Source: Geopsychrobacteraceae bacterium
GTDB lineage: Bacteria > Desulfobacterota > Desulfuromonadia > Desulfuromonadales > Geopsychrobacteraceae
Length of the DNA stretch: 64,000 bases
Reading direction: 5' to 3'
NCBI GenBank assembly: GCA_963662315.1
Contig: OY759353.1
Location: 224,001-288,000, forward strand
Below the pieces are notes generated by a model that saw only the letters and a program-made list of their open reading frames with translations, did not search any database and was not told the DNA's origin. Below are positions 41,029 to 51,617 of the stretch, one piece after another. Both the position numbers and the translations under genes were made by a program. How positions within the stretch are numbered: the stretch's first letter is position 1; every line of letters begins with the position of its first letter.

Positions 41029-41661
41029 CTAGGCCAGTTCTGCGTTTTTGATATGCAACTTTTGACTGAGTGCTGAAGCGTAATTTTTAAACGCACTGTT
41101 GCGTTTGACCAGCAGTGAACGCAAATAGCCGATGCCGCTACCGACTATAAACAATGGCAGCATAATGGCGGGCGCCAGATACAGAGTCAGCATAATCGCT
41201 TCATGTACCTGTCTGTGCTGAACACCACTAATATTGTAGAAAAATGCCACCATGGCAACGAAGAACAGGCTCCAGACCGTGACCCATGGGTAGAGTTGGG
41301 CCCGCATTGAGCTGCTATTGGTCGTTGTTTGCCGGGTGTTGTGGTTCAGGGAACTGAAATAGGACCCCCGGTGGTTTTTACCATGGGTCAGCAGGAATAG
41401 TGTCAACTTCTGACCATTGTTTCCGATCGCGTCCATGTCGTGCAGTTCAATTTTGTCCTGTTCCCCTTGCAGCTGCAATTTCTGCTGACGATTCATATGA
41501 AAAGGGTAGTGGTCCAGTTCCGGAACCCGGATATGGCGACCACTGTTCGGAGCAATGTAGATCATATCTTCACTGAACTCGATATGATCGATAATGCCGG
41601 AGTTATCAAAAATTTCGTATTTCAGGCCTAACGCTTTACCTTCTGCAATTTTCTTTTTCAT
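41029..41661 (-). CDS. Hypothetical membrane protein
   Basis: 210-aa ORF with two C-terminal hydrophobic segments. Confidence 0.6.
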   Translation of the reverse strand: MKKKIAEGKALGLKYEIFDNSGIIDHIEFSEDMIYIAPNSGRHIRVPELDHYPFHMNRQQKLQLQGEQDKIELHDMDAIGNNGQKLTLFLLTHGKNHRGSYFSSLNHNTRQTTTNSSSMRAQLYPWVTVWSLFFVAMVAFFYNISGVQHRQVHEAIMLTLYLAPAIMLPLFIVGSGIGYLRSLLVKRNSAFKNYASALSQKLHIKNAELA

Positions 41662-42309
41662 GGTTTTACTTTCTCAATGACTTTGTGATGTTGAACAATA
41701 TCTGCAGCAACAGAAAGCAGGGAAATAGTATCCCGTTGTTTCTGTTGAACTCAGCTCCAATAATGGGATTGTATGCCTGCCGAGGAAAAAAATGCAATAG
41801 CGATTCGTGAAAAAAAGTCGTTCTAAATCAAGTAGATAGGCCTGTTCTGCTGAGTCGAAACAATGGTTTGGAATTGGCCTGTCCATATATGGAAATGAGC
41901 GGTTTGGCTGCGGATTGAGCATTTTAGAGATTTGGCGAGCAAAATTATGTTTTCAGATTGTTTTGAGAGTGTCTATCTTGCTGTAATTGAGTGACTATTT
42001 TTGATTATGAAAAAAAATAAATATAATAATCAGTTATATTTTTTCTAAACCTCTGGTTGTTCTTAAATGTGGGGAATTTAAGAATTTTAAATGTTTGTGA
42101 AGTTTTGTGACGATGATTATTCTTGATTAATTGTTGGGTCGGGTGCAGGATTAATCTCTCGTAGAGAAGGGGGGCTCTTCGATTGGCTTTATATCTTGAG
42201 TTATGCATCCCATCATCATCCTTTCTCTTCGTCGTGCCATTCTATCTTCATCTGTTGATCGTTTTTGACTCTGCAGGGGTCCCTGTTAAATGAAAAGAGA
42301 GGTGTATCT

Positions 42310-44394
42310 ATGTCTGTTTTATTGCGCTTTATAGTTGTCGGTTTTCTCCTTGGCTTATGCTCCTGCAGTGGGGGTGGTTCAGGTGCGTCTGGGACGGGTA
42401 GTCATGATCCGATCATTACTTTGAACGGCAATGCTATTGTGACCGTCAATGTCGGCAGCAGTTACGTTGATGACGGGGCGACGGCGCAAGATGATGAAGA
42501 TGGCGATCTGACAAGTGCTATCTTGACGACATCAACTGTCGATACGGCAACAGCCGGTTCCTATTCCGTTACTTATGAGGTGAGCGATAGTGATGGCCAT
42601 ACAGTCAGTGCTGTGCGGACTATTTTTGTGTTGGCCAGCAGTGTTGATGCTTATGCTGTTGACTGGTTAGACCAGTTCAGTTTACCGGCACAGGATGCCG
42701 ATGGCTGGTCGCTTCTGACTCCCTCTGTCGATTCCCGAATTATCTATGTTTCCAGCAGTGAAGGCGACGATGCCAATGCGGTTATCTATGCTCCTGATGA
42801 TGCTGTTATTGGTGCGGATGTGTTTCATCCTGAGGGACGCGTCATGGCTTACAGCTCAATCGCTGCGGCTGTGGCCCAAATGCGTGAAGGGTATCCTGAT
42901 TACGTCTTATTAAAGCGAGGAGACAGCTGGTCTCTGGATACCGATATCAGCCTGGTCCGCAAGGGGCGGTCAGCTAGGGAACGACAGGTTCTTGGTGCCT
43001 ATGGTGATCTTTCCAGCCCACGACCACTGGTGTTAAATGCCGGTTTGGTTATGAATAAGAGTGGTTATATTGCTGTCGTCGGTCTGCACCTTTGTGATGA
43101 TGAGCGCAATCCCGGATCAAGCCAGTTCGTCGGTTTTGATCATGTTTCCAACAGCAGTGGCATTGGTGCGACAGTGTATTCTAATGTCGGTGGGATACTG
43201 ATTGAGGACTGCTGGTTTGAATGGTTTGGTGGTAATGCGATTCAAAGCTGGGCCTTCGATGATAAAGGGAACATGTTGGACATCCCTGATATTATTGTCA
43301 GGCGGAATATCTTTAATAATAACTACTCAACCTCATCCCATTCTCAAGGGCTGTATTCCAATCTGATTTCCATACTGGTTGAAGAGAATATCTTTGATCA
43401 TAATGGTTGGTATAAGCAGGGGCAATCCAATGCCCAGGCTCAAGGAATGGCCACCATGTTTAACCACAATACCTACTTTTCCGGGACCAGAAATACCATT
43501 ATGCGCAACAATATTTTTCTGCGTTCCTCCAGTATCCAAAACAAGTTTACCTCCAACACCAGTGACGGGATCAACAAGATCGCTGCGCAAAATATTCTTG
43601 TCGAAAACAACTTCTACGCCGAGGGAGAAATCGGTATCAGTCTGGGCGGGAACTCGGATCAGAATAATGGGCCACGCTGGGATAATATTGTTGTGGTCAA
43701 TAACGTCATGACCGCCATTGGGCGCAGCTTCCCGACCAACCGGACACTCGGCTGGGGAATTGATGTGAACGACTGGCGGACTGGGCTGGTGTCCGGCAAC
43801 TTGTTGACAAGCTGGGGTGAGGCAGGTGTTTACACCAATACGTATGGTTTCAACGTTGTCGGTCACACAACGGATACCCTGTTCAGTGACAATATTGCTT
43901 ACAACATTGTCAGCGAGGGAAGCCTGATGTCTTTTTCTGATGGTGATGTCAATGGTGCCATGGACCGCATTACGCTGCGTAACAATGAAATCGCCGCTCT
44001 GACAAATACACGTGGGCGACTGGTCAGCTACAGCATGATTCCGCAAACTCAGGATTTTGGTGATAACTATTACTATTTCGCCAAGAGCGATGATCAGTGG
44101 TTTGATATTTCCGGTGCGCGCACCGACTTTGCCGAGTTTGCTGATGTCAGCGAAGATACCACCTCTGTGCTTGAATTGCGTCACTATGTTGACCCCGATC
44201 GAAGTATCGGGACGTTTCTGAATGATATGGGTTATAGCAGCGAGATCCCGGTGGCCGCTGACGAAATTCCCGATCTGCTTGCTGTTCTCAAACAACAGCG
44301 CAAAGGGCATTGGGATAAAGCCCTAACCGCACAAAGCCTGAATGACTATTTCCGTGAAGGGTTTTGTATTGCTGGCAATAGTGACTGTCGCTGA
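42310..44394 (+). CDS. Lipoprotein with Ig-like (DUF5011-like) domain and right-handed beta-helix
   Basis: Lipobox-like LCSC followed by a Gly/Ser linker, PIITLNG...DGATAQDDEDGDLT...YEVSDSDG, and repeated I/LVENNxF turns. Confidence 0.75.
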   Translation: MSVLLRFIVVGFLLGLCSCSGGGSGASGTGSHDPIITLNGNAIVTVNVGSSYVDDGATAQDDEDGDLTSAILTTSTVDTATAGSYSVTYEVSDSDGHTVSAVRTIFVLASSVDAYAVDWLDQFSLPAQDADGWSLLTPSVDSRIIYVSSSEGDDANAVIYAPDDAVIGADVFHPEGRVMAYSSIAAAVAQMREGYPDYVLLKRGDSWSLDTDISLVRKGRSARERQVLGAYGDLSSPRPLVLNAGLVMNKSGYIAVVGLHLCDDERNPGSSQFVGFDHVSNSSGIGATVYSNVGGILIEDCWFEWFGGNAIQSWAFDDKGNMLDIPDIIVRRNIFNNNYSTSSHSQGLYSNLISILVEENIFDHNGWYKQGQSNAQAQGMATMFNHNTYFSGTRNTIMRNNIFLRSSSIQNKFTSNTSDGINKIAAQNILVENNFYAEGEIGISLGGNSDQNNGPRWDNIVVVNNVMTAIGRSFPTNRTLGWGIDVNDWRTGLVSGNLLTSWGEAGVYTNTYGFNVVGHTTDTLFSDNIAYNIVSEGSLMSFSDGDVNGAMDRITLRNNEIAALTNTRGRLVSYSMIPQTQDFGDNYYYFAKSDDQWFDISGARTDFAEFADVSEDTTSVLELRHYVDPDRSIGTFLNDMGYSSEIPVAADEIPDLLAVLKQQRKGHWDKALTAQSLNDYFREGFCIAGNSDCR

Positions 44395-44441
44395 GGGGGC
44401 AGGGGCCCGCCAGTTTTAAGATGATTGAAAAAGGAAAACGG

Positions 44442-45965
44442 CTACATGACCGCCCCGATATACCATGGCACAAACTCAGAATCCCCAATCCCAAGCAACT
44501 CACTTTTGGTCTTTTGCCCCGAAGCCGTTGCCAGAATATACTCAAAAATCTCCTCACCCATGGCCTCAAGGGAAACCCCGGAATCGATCATGGTGCCGCA
44601 GTTGATATCCATATCTTCTTCCATCAGGTTGAAGGTGCGGCTGTTGGAACTTAGTTTGATGGACGGGGTTGGTTTACAGCCGAAAGCGGAACCGGCGCCG
44701 GTGGAGAAGCAGACAACATTGGCACCGCTGGCAACTTCGCCGGTGATGGAGCAGGGATCGTAACCGGGGCTGTCCATCAGAACCAGGCCGCTGGTTGTAA
44801 TCGGTTCGGCGTAGTGGACGACATCGACCAGATCCGATGTTCCTCCTTTGGAGACCGCCCCCAGGGATTTCTCCAGAATCGTCGTCAGCCCTCCGGCCTT
44901 GTTGCCGGGAGAGGGGTTGTTATTCATCTCGCCGCCGTTGCGCTTGGTGTAATCTTCCCACCAGTGAATCCGTTCAATCAGCTTTGCAGCGACCTCAGGG
45001 GTGACGGCACGGCGGGTGAGCAAGTGCTCAGCGCCGTAGATTTCCGATGTCTCGGCCAGAATGGCCGTTCCACCATGGCGCACGACCAGGTCCGCAGCTG
45101 CACCCATGGCCGGGTTGGCGGTTATGCCGGAATAGGCGTCGCTGCCACCGCATTGCAGGGCTACTTTTAAGTGACTGGCCGCGACCGATTGGCGCTGAAT
45201 CGCGTTGGCTGTCGGCAGCATTGCCTTGATGCAGTCAATACCTGCAGCAATCGCTTTACTGGTTCCGCCGCTATCCTGGATGTTCAGGTGACGAATCAGT
45301 GGAGTGCCATTTTGTTCTAGAGATTCAAGGACATTTTTAAGCTGAAAAACCTCGCAACCCAGCCCAACCAGCACAACCCCGAAAAAATTGGGATGCTGCA
45401 GGTAGCCCCTGAAGGTGCGCATGATCGTGTCATAACCATCACCACTGTTGGCCATGGCACAGCCGGTGTTGTGCACCAGGGGAACAATTCCGTCGATATT
45501 TGGAAAAGCAGCCAGACTGTCGTTAGTGAAATGAGCTGCTATGCGGCGACAGACCGTCGCGGAGCAGTTGACGGTTGACAGCACACCAATATAGTTACGT
45601 GTGGCAACCCTCCCATCGGATCTTACTATGCCCTGAAACGTGGCGCGTTGTTCAGGTGGCAGCACCGACAGATGGCGTAAGTCTGTTGCGACCTCATAAT
45701 CGCGTTTAAAATCATGCACCTCACAGTTGTGGACATGAACATGGGCTCCCGGTGCTATCGCTGTACTGGCGAAGCCGATCACCTGGCTGTATTTGTAAAT
45801 GGCTTCTCCGGCGGCAATAGCTCGGGTTGCCAGTTTATGTCCAGCCGGGATGTCGTTCAGAGTCGTGACCTGCTCTGCTGTGACCAGGGTTCCAGCGCTT
45901 AGGGCGTCGGTGGCAACAACCACATTGTCTGTACTGTGAAGACGTATGATCTGGGGTTTTGACAT
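44442..45965 (-). CDS. UxaA/GarD-family sugar-acid dehydratase with N-terminal SAF domain
   Basis: DNVVVA, IPAGHKLA, HVHVHN, GRVATRNY, GLGCE, CGGSDAYSGITANP, GGLTTILEKSLG. Confidence 0.9.
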   Translation of the reverse strand: MSKPQIIRLHSTDNVVVATDALSAGTLVTAEQVTTLNDIPAGHKLATRAIAAGEAIYKYSQVIGFASTAIAPGAHVHVHNCEVHDFKRDYEVATDLRHLSVLPPEQRATFQGIVRSDGRVATRNYIGVLSTVNCSATVCRRIAAHFTNDSLAAFPNIDGIVPLVHNTGCAMANSGDGYDTIMRTFRGYLQHPNFFGVVLVGLGCEVFQLKNVLESLEQNGTPLIRHLNIQDSGGTSKAIAAGIDCIKAMLPTANAIQRQSVAASHLKVALQCGGSDAYSGITANPAMGAAADLVVRHGGTAILAETSEIYGAEHLLTRRAVTPEVAAKLIERIHWWEDYTKRNGGEMNNNPSPGNKAGGLTTILEKSLGAVSKGGTSDLVDVVHYAEPITTSGLVLMDSPGYDPCSITGEVASGANVVCFSTGAGSAFGCKPTPSIKLSSNSRTFNLMEEDMDINCGTMIDSGVSLEAMGEEIFEYILATASGQKTKSELLGIGDSEFVPWYIGAVM

Positions 45966-46027
45966 GTGATTCCTCTACAGTCGGGCAGGGACCATTTATC
46001 CTGGATTCCCTGCTAGAAAGTTAAACT

Positions 46028-47392
46028 CTAACGATAGATCAGGTTGGGCAGCCACATAGAGAACTGTGGAATAAAAGTAATCAGCAGTAAGACCAGCACC
46101 AGCGGGATCAGAAACGGCATTGTTGCTCTGGTACAGCGTTCAAAAGGAACACCGGAAACCCGTGACAGCACGTAAAGGACCATCCCGACTGGCGGGGTCA
46201 GCAGCCCGATCATCAGATTCAGGACGATGATAACACCAAAGTGAACCGGGTCGATACCGACCTGGGTGGCAACCGGCAGCATAACCGGAACCAGAATGGT
46301 GATGGCGGCAATGGTTTCCATGAAGAAGCCGACGATAAACAGGATCACGTTGAGGATCAGTAACACCAGGATCGGATTGTCGGTCAGGGACGTGACCATG
46401 TTGACAAAATGTTCCGTCACCCGGTTACTGGTCAGAATCCAGGCAAAGATTGATGCCCCCGCAACGATCAGCAGGATAATGGCGGTTGTTTCAATGGTCT
46501 CCATCGATACTTTGATAAAGCGTCGCAAGTTCAAGGTACGGTACCAGATCAGCCCCAGGAACAGTGCCCAGGCAACAGCGGCGGCAGCTGCTTCGGTGGG
46601 GGTGACCGCACCACTTAATATTCCTCCGACAATAATGACCGGTGTCATCAGGGACATAAAGGCACGCTTGAAGGTCTCCCATAAAACTTTAAAAGAGAAT
46701 GATGCGTCGCGCGGATAGTTACGGCGGCGCGAATACCACCAGACCATGGCCATCAGGGCCAGGGCCATAAGAATGCCGGGAACAAAGCCGGCCGCGAACA
46801 GCTGGCCAATGGACGCCGAGGCCATAACGCCGTAAATAACCATCGGTAGTGACGGAGGAATGATCGGTCCGATGGTTGAGGAGGCCGCAGTGACGCCGAC
46901 GGAAAAGTCGACATCGTATCCGGCATCGCGCATCGCTTTAATCTCAATGGTTCCCAGACCACCGGCATCAGCGACCGCCGCACCGGACATGCCGGCAAAA
47001 ATAACTGATGCGCCGATATTGACATGACCAAGTCCGCCGGGCATCCAGCCAACACAGGCGGTGGCAAATGCAAAAATGCGGTTGGTGATGCCGACGGCAT
47101 TCATCAAAGATCCGGCCAGAATGAAAAAGGGGACGGCCAATAGGGGAAAACTGTCAATGCCGTTGATCATGCGGTGGGCGACGACGACATCAGGCACCTT
47201 GCCGGTCACCAGGACAAACAGCAGGGACGAGCCTCCCAGGGCCAGAGCGACCGGGACGCCGGTGATCAGAAACAGAAAGACCGAGGCAAACAGAAAAGCA
47301 ATAGGCATTCCGGCACATGCCAGGGCGATGGTACACAGGGCAGCCAGAACGATCAAGAAGGCATTAAATTTGAGGCCAGGACGTTTGGACAC
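46028..47392 (-). CDS. dctM: TRAP transporter large permease
   Basis: LLAVPFFILAG, GMSGAAVADA, GPIIPPS, TPTEA, TPPVG. Confidence 0.93.
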   Translation of the reverse strand: MSKRPGLKFNAFLIVLAALCTIALACAGMPIAFLFASVFLFLITGVPVALALGGSSLLFVLVTGKVPDVVVAHRMINGIDSFPLLAVPFFILAGSLMNAVGITNRIFAFATACVGWMPGGLGHVNIGASVIFAGMSGAAVADAGGLGTIEIKAMRDAGYDVDFSVGVTAASSTIGPIIPPSLPMVIYGVMASASIGQLFAAGFVPGILMALALMAMVWWYSRRRNYPRDASFSFKVLWETFKRAFMSLMTPVIIVGGILSGAVTPTEAAAAAVAWALFLGLIWYRTLNLRRFIKVSMETIETTAIILLIVAGASIFAWILTSNRVTEHFVNMVTSLTDNPILVLLILNVILFIVGFFMETIAAITILVPVMLPVATQVGIDPVHFGVIIVLNLMIGLLTPPVGMVLYVLSRVSGVPFERCTRATMPFLIPLVLVLLLITFIPQFSMWLPNLIYR

Positions 47393-47407
47393 CGGTTCCT
47401 CCTTCTG

Positions 47408-47977
47408 TCAGTCAGTTGGTGGGTGAAGGACATGTTCAGCATGTTCCAGGCTCATACGACTGCCACCCTGGCGGATGTGTTTGACCAGAACCTGAAGTGC
47501 CCTGATGGTCATGGCTATCAGGCAGATAGCAACCATGTAGTACATGGCGCTTTTCGGAAATTCGATAGAAACCATCATCTGGCGGGTTTTGCCGGCCAGC
47601 TTAAAGCAGATGTAGGCGAGCGCGCCAAAAAAGGCGACACGGCCGACATCGGCACAATAGGTGAGGAACGCCCCGAATTTTGGCGGAATGAAACGAAACA
47701 GGAATTCAACCATGATGTGGGTATTTTTACGCACTGCCATAATCGAACCGATAAATCCGACGGAGATCAGCAGGTAACGGGCAATCTCTTCGGTCCAGCC
47801 GATAGAATCATCAAGCACATAACGGGAAAAGAACTGGATAAAGATATCCAGAGCCAGAACCCAGAAAACAATGAAAACCACATAGTCCTCCATGCCGAAG
47901 GATTTCCAGTCGATGGGAGCGTCCAGTTCATCATCCAGCGAACTGGCATCAAAGGAGGTTTTGTCGGGCTCGGTCAT
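47408..47977 (-). CDS. dctQ: TRAP transporter small permease
   Basis: FSRYVLDDSIGWTEEIARY...HIMVE; four TM segments. Confidence 0.92.
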   Translation of the reverse strand: MTEPDKTSFDASSLDDELDAPIDWKSFGMEDYVVFIVFWVLALDIFIQFFSRYVLDDSIGWTEEIARYLLISVGFIGSIMAVRKNTHIMVEFLFRFIPPKFGAFLTYCADVGRVAFFGALAYICFKLAGKTRQMMVSIEFPKSAMYYMVAICLIAMTIRALQVLVKHIRQGGSRMSLEHAEHVLHPPTD

Positions 47978-48130
47978 CTTAAGTCCTCTCTTGCTTGCCT
48001 AAGGTGAACAGCACAGGGCGTCGGAAAAATGTTCCAACACCCTGCTACAGCTTTTCAGATTAGGAACGAGCAAATTTTTCTTGTCGCAGCCCCGCAGGTG
48101 AAGTCACCACGGCGGGAAAGATCCCGAAAC

Positions 48131-49114
48131 TTATAATGCCTGCAGACGATCCCAGATATCTTTCGGCCAGGGCACTTCTTTGGGGTGACTGTCGTAATAA
48201 GCAGCGGTCGCTTTCTGCATAGCGGCAACATCAACTTTCTGATTGACAATGTTCCCCTGTTGTTCAAACCAGCTGACCAGTGATTTTTCTTTTCCTTCAA
48301 CTTCAGCGGTGCAGCTGTTGGCAGCTTCCATCAGGACGTCAAAAAACAACTTCTGGTCGGTATCGTTCAGGCGGTCCCACAGTGGGCCACCAATGACCAG
48401 CAGCAGACTGTCGGTGATATGGCCAGTCAGGTTGATGTATTTCTGAACTTCATAGAACTTTTTAGCCTGAATGGTGGGCAGAGGGTTTTCCTGGGCGTCA
48501 ACGGTTCCCTGTTGCAGGGCCAGGTAGACTTCAGCAAAGGCAATAGGGGTCGGGTTGGCACCGGTCGCTTTCGGAAAAATGGTATACGCAGGAGCATTTG
48601 GAACGCGGATTTTCAGACCCTTCATGTCCGCAGGGGTGCTGACTTCTTTTTTCGAGGTGACGTGGCGCTGGCCGTAGTAGGTTGCGGTGACAACTTTATG
48701 CCCCGATGCTTTTTCGTAGCCGGAAGCCAGGTCACGGAACAGATCGCTCTTCATGAAGGCTTTCCAGTGATCAAGGCTGCGAAACACATACGGATAACCG
48801 GCAATGGAGATGGGGCCGAAGGTCCGCCCGGCAAACTGATTGCCGGTGTAAATGATATCAACGGTACCTAACGACAGACCCTCATTGATATCAACTTCTT
48901 TGCCTAAGGAAGAGGCGGGGAATACTTCGATTTCGTACTTTCCACCAGAGCGTTTTTTTACCTCGTCAGCAGCCCATAGGGCCCACTTGTGGTAGGGCTG
49001 GCTGACTTCGTACACGTGAGCCCACTTCAGTTTTTCAGCAGCAACTGCGGTAGACGCGGTCAGGGTTGAGACGGCAATGACAAGCAGCAACAGCAAAGTG
49101 AAACGTCTTTTCAT
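48131..49114 (-). CDS. dctP: TRAP transporter solute-binding protein
   Basis: Signal peptide, DMKGLKIRVP (carboxylate-binding Arg), EVYLALQQGTVDAQENP. Confidence 0.93.
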   Translation of the reverse strand: MKRRFTLLLLLVIAVSTLTASTAVAAEKLKWAHVYEVSQPYHKWALWAADEVKKRSGGKYEIEVFPASSLGKEVDINEGLSLGTVDIIYTGNQFAGRTFGPISIAGYPYVFRSLDHWKAFMKSDLFRDLASGYEKASGHKVVTATYYGQRHVTSKKEVSTPADMKGLKIRVPNAPAYTIFPKATGANPTPIAFAEVYLALQQGTVDAQENPLPTIQAKKFYEVQKYINLTGHITDSLLLVIGGPLWDRLNDTDQKLFFDVLMEAANSCTAEVEGKEKSLVSWFEQQGNIVNQKVDVAAMQKATAAYYDSHPKEVPWPKDIWDRLQAL

Positions 49115-49492
49115 CTTACCTCTCCTCTTCTGGTATAGTGTGTTTTTCTATGCAGCTCCTTAGTGCCTCGTCATGAGGCTGTGAATATTGGTTGTGAATG
49201 CTAATTGATCTAAAAAATAATGGTTTATATTCATATCGCTTAGATGAAGCTTTTTAATTATTAATCTTAGTGAGCGCTTGTCAATCGAAGATAACGTAGT
49301 TTTAAATTTTGTTAGGTGTTTGTTTCATGTTGTGGAACGAATCGTATGATGTCGAACAGTTCAAAGCGTGGTTGCCTGAACTTGAGGTAAGCGTGGAGGT
49401 CGGAATAAGATGAAATCTCCGCAGGTGAACATTTACCAGGGTGCGAAGATCTCGATTGGCACGGCAGCGTATCCTGTTATAAAAGGAACGAT

Positions 49493-50074
49493 ATGGAACA
49501 TACGCCTTTAGCCCATCTTTTACAGCAGGTCCACCAATGCCGACAATGTGAGAGCGCCTTGCCTTTAGGAGCCAATCCGGTGCTGCAGGCCGGCACCGGA
49601 GCGCGCTTGCTTATTATCGGACAGGCACCGGGGACCAGAGTTCATTACAGTTCAATGCCGTGGAATGATCCGAGTGGCGAGCGGCTCAGGGACTGGCTGA
49701 TCATGGACAAGTCCAGGTTTTACAACCCCGAGCAGGTTGCTATTGTTCCCATGGGCTTCTGTTATCCCGGCAAAGGATCGTCCGGTGATCTGCCGCCTCG
49801 TCCTGAATGTGCACCAACGTGGCATCAGCAACTGCTGGCGTTATTGCCTGATATCGAATTGACTCTGCTGATTGGCCAGTATGCTCAGAAAAACTATTTA
49901 TCAGGTGTACCTGGCTCCGTGACTGAAACGGTGCGCAGCTGGCAGCGCTGGGCACCTGGATATTTCCCCTTACCCCATCCCTCACCACGCAACACCTTAT
50001 GGTTGCAGAGGAACCCCTGGTTTACAGAGGAGGTGCTGCCTGCGCTAAGGGCGCGAATCGGTAGCATGTGGTGA
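49493..50074 (+). CDS. Uracil-DNA glycosylase superfamily protein
   Basis: IIGQAPG, WNDPSGERLRDW, GFCYPG, DLPPRPEC, LPHPSPRN. Confidence 0.88.
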   Translation: MEHTPLAHLLQQVHQCRQCESALPLGANPVLQAGTGARLLIIGQAPGTRVHYSSMPWNDPSGERLRDWLIMDKSRFYNPEQVAIVPMGFCYPGKGSSGDLPPRPECAPTWHQQLLALLPDIELTLLIGQYAQKNYLSGVPGSVTETVRSWQRWAPGYFPLPHPSPRNTLWLQRNPWFTEEVLPALRARIGSMW

Positions 50075-50164
50075 ATATTTCTGTGAGCGTTGGACGACTG
50101 ATGGCTTCTGAAAAGAGGGGCTTGATTGTTTGCGATAGGTACTTAAATTAAAAAAGCCTGGGTC

Positions 50165-50678
50165 GCCGGGTCCCGGCCCGGCAGCCCACGCTGCTGTCGC
50201 AGCTAATGGGCAAGAGCGCTAGTTGAGAGACAGGCTGCCGTGGGTCTATCGGTTTTCGTTACTAAACCCATCATCAATAAATAATACGGTTCTGGCCATC
50301 AGGCGGGGGTGAGCCGTCAGGCCGGCTGGTAAATTGCTGGTTGTCTCTTGGTGCCCAACGACGCCCGAACACGGACATATTAAAGAGGGCTTTTTGTGCT
50401 TACTATTTTTAGCCTGATTGTGAAAAATAGTAAGGCGCAGTGTGGGGGCGCGACCCCGTGACTTTGATATGGTTTTGACCGTTTCGTTCCAATCAATAAA
50501 GTCTTAAGGTCGCCGGGTCCCGGCCCGGCAGCCGGGTTCATTTTTCCCAGCGATGGAAAAACGAACCAAAAAGATCTTTGAAGGTCAAACACACTGACGA
50601 TAGGTGTATGGGACTACGTTTCAACGTTACAGGGTGAAATTAACCGGCAGCCCACGCTGCTGACGCAGCTAACGGGCA
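50165..50678 (+). repeat. Structured repeat element, cluster 1: internally deleted copy (50165-50459), linker, 5' partial copy (50512-50678)
   Basis: Long blocks identical to the 60.6-63.0 kb array, e.g. GCCGGGTCCCGGCCCGGCAGCCGGGTTCATTTTTCCCAGCGATGGAAAAACGAACCAAAAAGATC. Confidence 0.95.
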
Positions 50679-50749
50679 GGTTTTATTAGGGGAGAATTGT
50701 GACTTTTGGCTTTCTGTTGCTGCGTGTTACTTAAGTCTTTAAGTATTCA

Positions 50750-51235
50750 CTATTTAATTTTCAGTTCATCCCGTAGCGCTCTTCTTGCCGCTTTATCAAC
50801 CAAGCGAAAGATCTGATCGGGCAAAGTCCGTTGCGCCGCTGGGAGGTGTCCGCACCGTTTACAGAACTCCAGCTGATAGTTATCCAGTTGCTCGAAAAAT
50901 TCCCGATAGAGATCAGCATTATTCAGCGGTCGCCCCAGGCGTGAGCAAAAATGTTTTTCCTCTAGACTCCGGCGGCGTTGTGGCAGTTCGCAGATGGTTT
51001 GGGAATCGCAGTGGATGGTCAGTTGGGCTCCAGGGGGAACGAATTCCTGTAGTGCCCAGAGCAGAGTCTGCATTTCCAGTCGGGCCGCAGTGGTTTGCGC
51101 AAAAGGTTTGACGCGAATCTGACTGATCATGTCTTCTAGAGATGTCTGGTCCGAACTGATCAGCAGGCAGGCGCCGTAGCCGATACCGGTTGTGGGGTCG
51201 GCGCTACCGTCACAGAAGAGTTGCAGTTCTGCCAT
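50750..51235 (-). CDS. Ribonuclease HI-like protein
   Basis: FCDGS, RLEMQ, HCDSQ, NADLY, GH, LVDKAA: the four acidic catalytic positions appear present. Confidence 0.8.
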   Translation of the reverse strand: MAELQLFCDGSADPTTGIGYGACLLISSDQTSLEDMISQIRVKPFAQTTAARLEMQTLLWALQEFVPPGAQLTIHCDSQTICELPQRRRSLEEKHFCSRLGRPLNNADLYREFFEQLDNYQLEFCKRCGHLPAAQRTLPDQIFRLVDKAARRALRDELKIK

Positions 51236-51251
51236 GGTGGTCTGCTGATGA

Positions 51252-51479
51252 TCAGTCGGGGTGATTGCGGAAGGCGATGTACAGATCTTCGACCTGACGC
51301 CTGGCCCAGGGGGTACGGCGCAGAAATTTCAGGCTTGATTTGACCGATGGGTCGTTATTGAAACAGCGGATCTGGATGATTTGCCCCAGTTCTTCCCAGC
51401 CGTAGTAGTCAGAAAGATCGGTGACAATGCGTTCCAAGGTGATACCGTGCAACGGGTCTTTGTTTTGTTGGTCGGCCAT
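51252..51479 (-). CDS. Small DNA-binding protein, VF530/DUF2132-like
   Basis: DPLHGITLE...YGWEELG...[27 protein letters not shown] family pattern. Confidence 0.85.
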   Translation of the reverse strand: MADQQNKDPLHGITLERIVTDLSDYYGWEELGQIIQIRCFNNDPSVKSSLKFLRRTPWARRQVEDLYIAFRNHPD

Positions 51480-51617
51480 GCGTGGTGAATCCTTTTTGGG
51501 TAAGTGTCGCTGGAGTTTAGGTGGTTTTTTGGGTTGGATGCAAGGGTAAAACGGCAATGGGCGTGGGTTGGACGTTTCAGTGTGGTTCTATTGATTCATC
51601 AAGACAACATCAAGACC

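Noticed and set aside
43333..44310. 325-aa minus-strand ORF
   Set aside because: Entirely antisense to the beta-helix lipoprotein; explained by codon bias.
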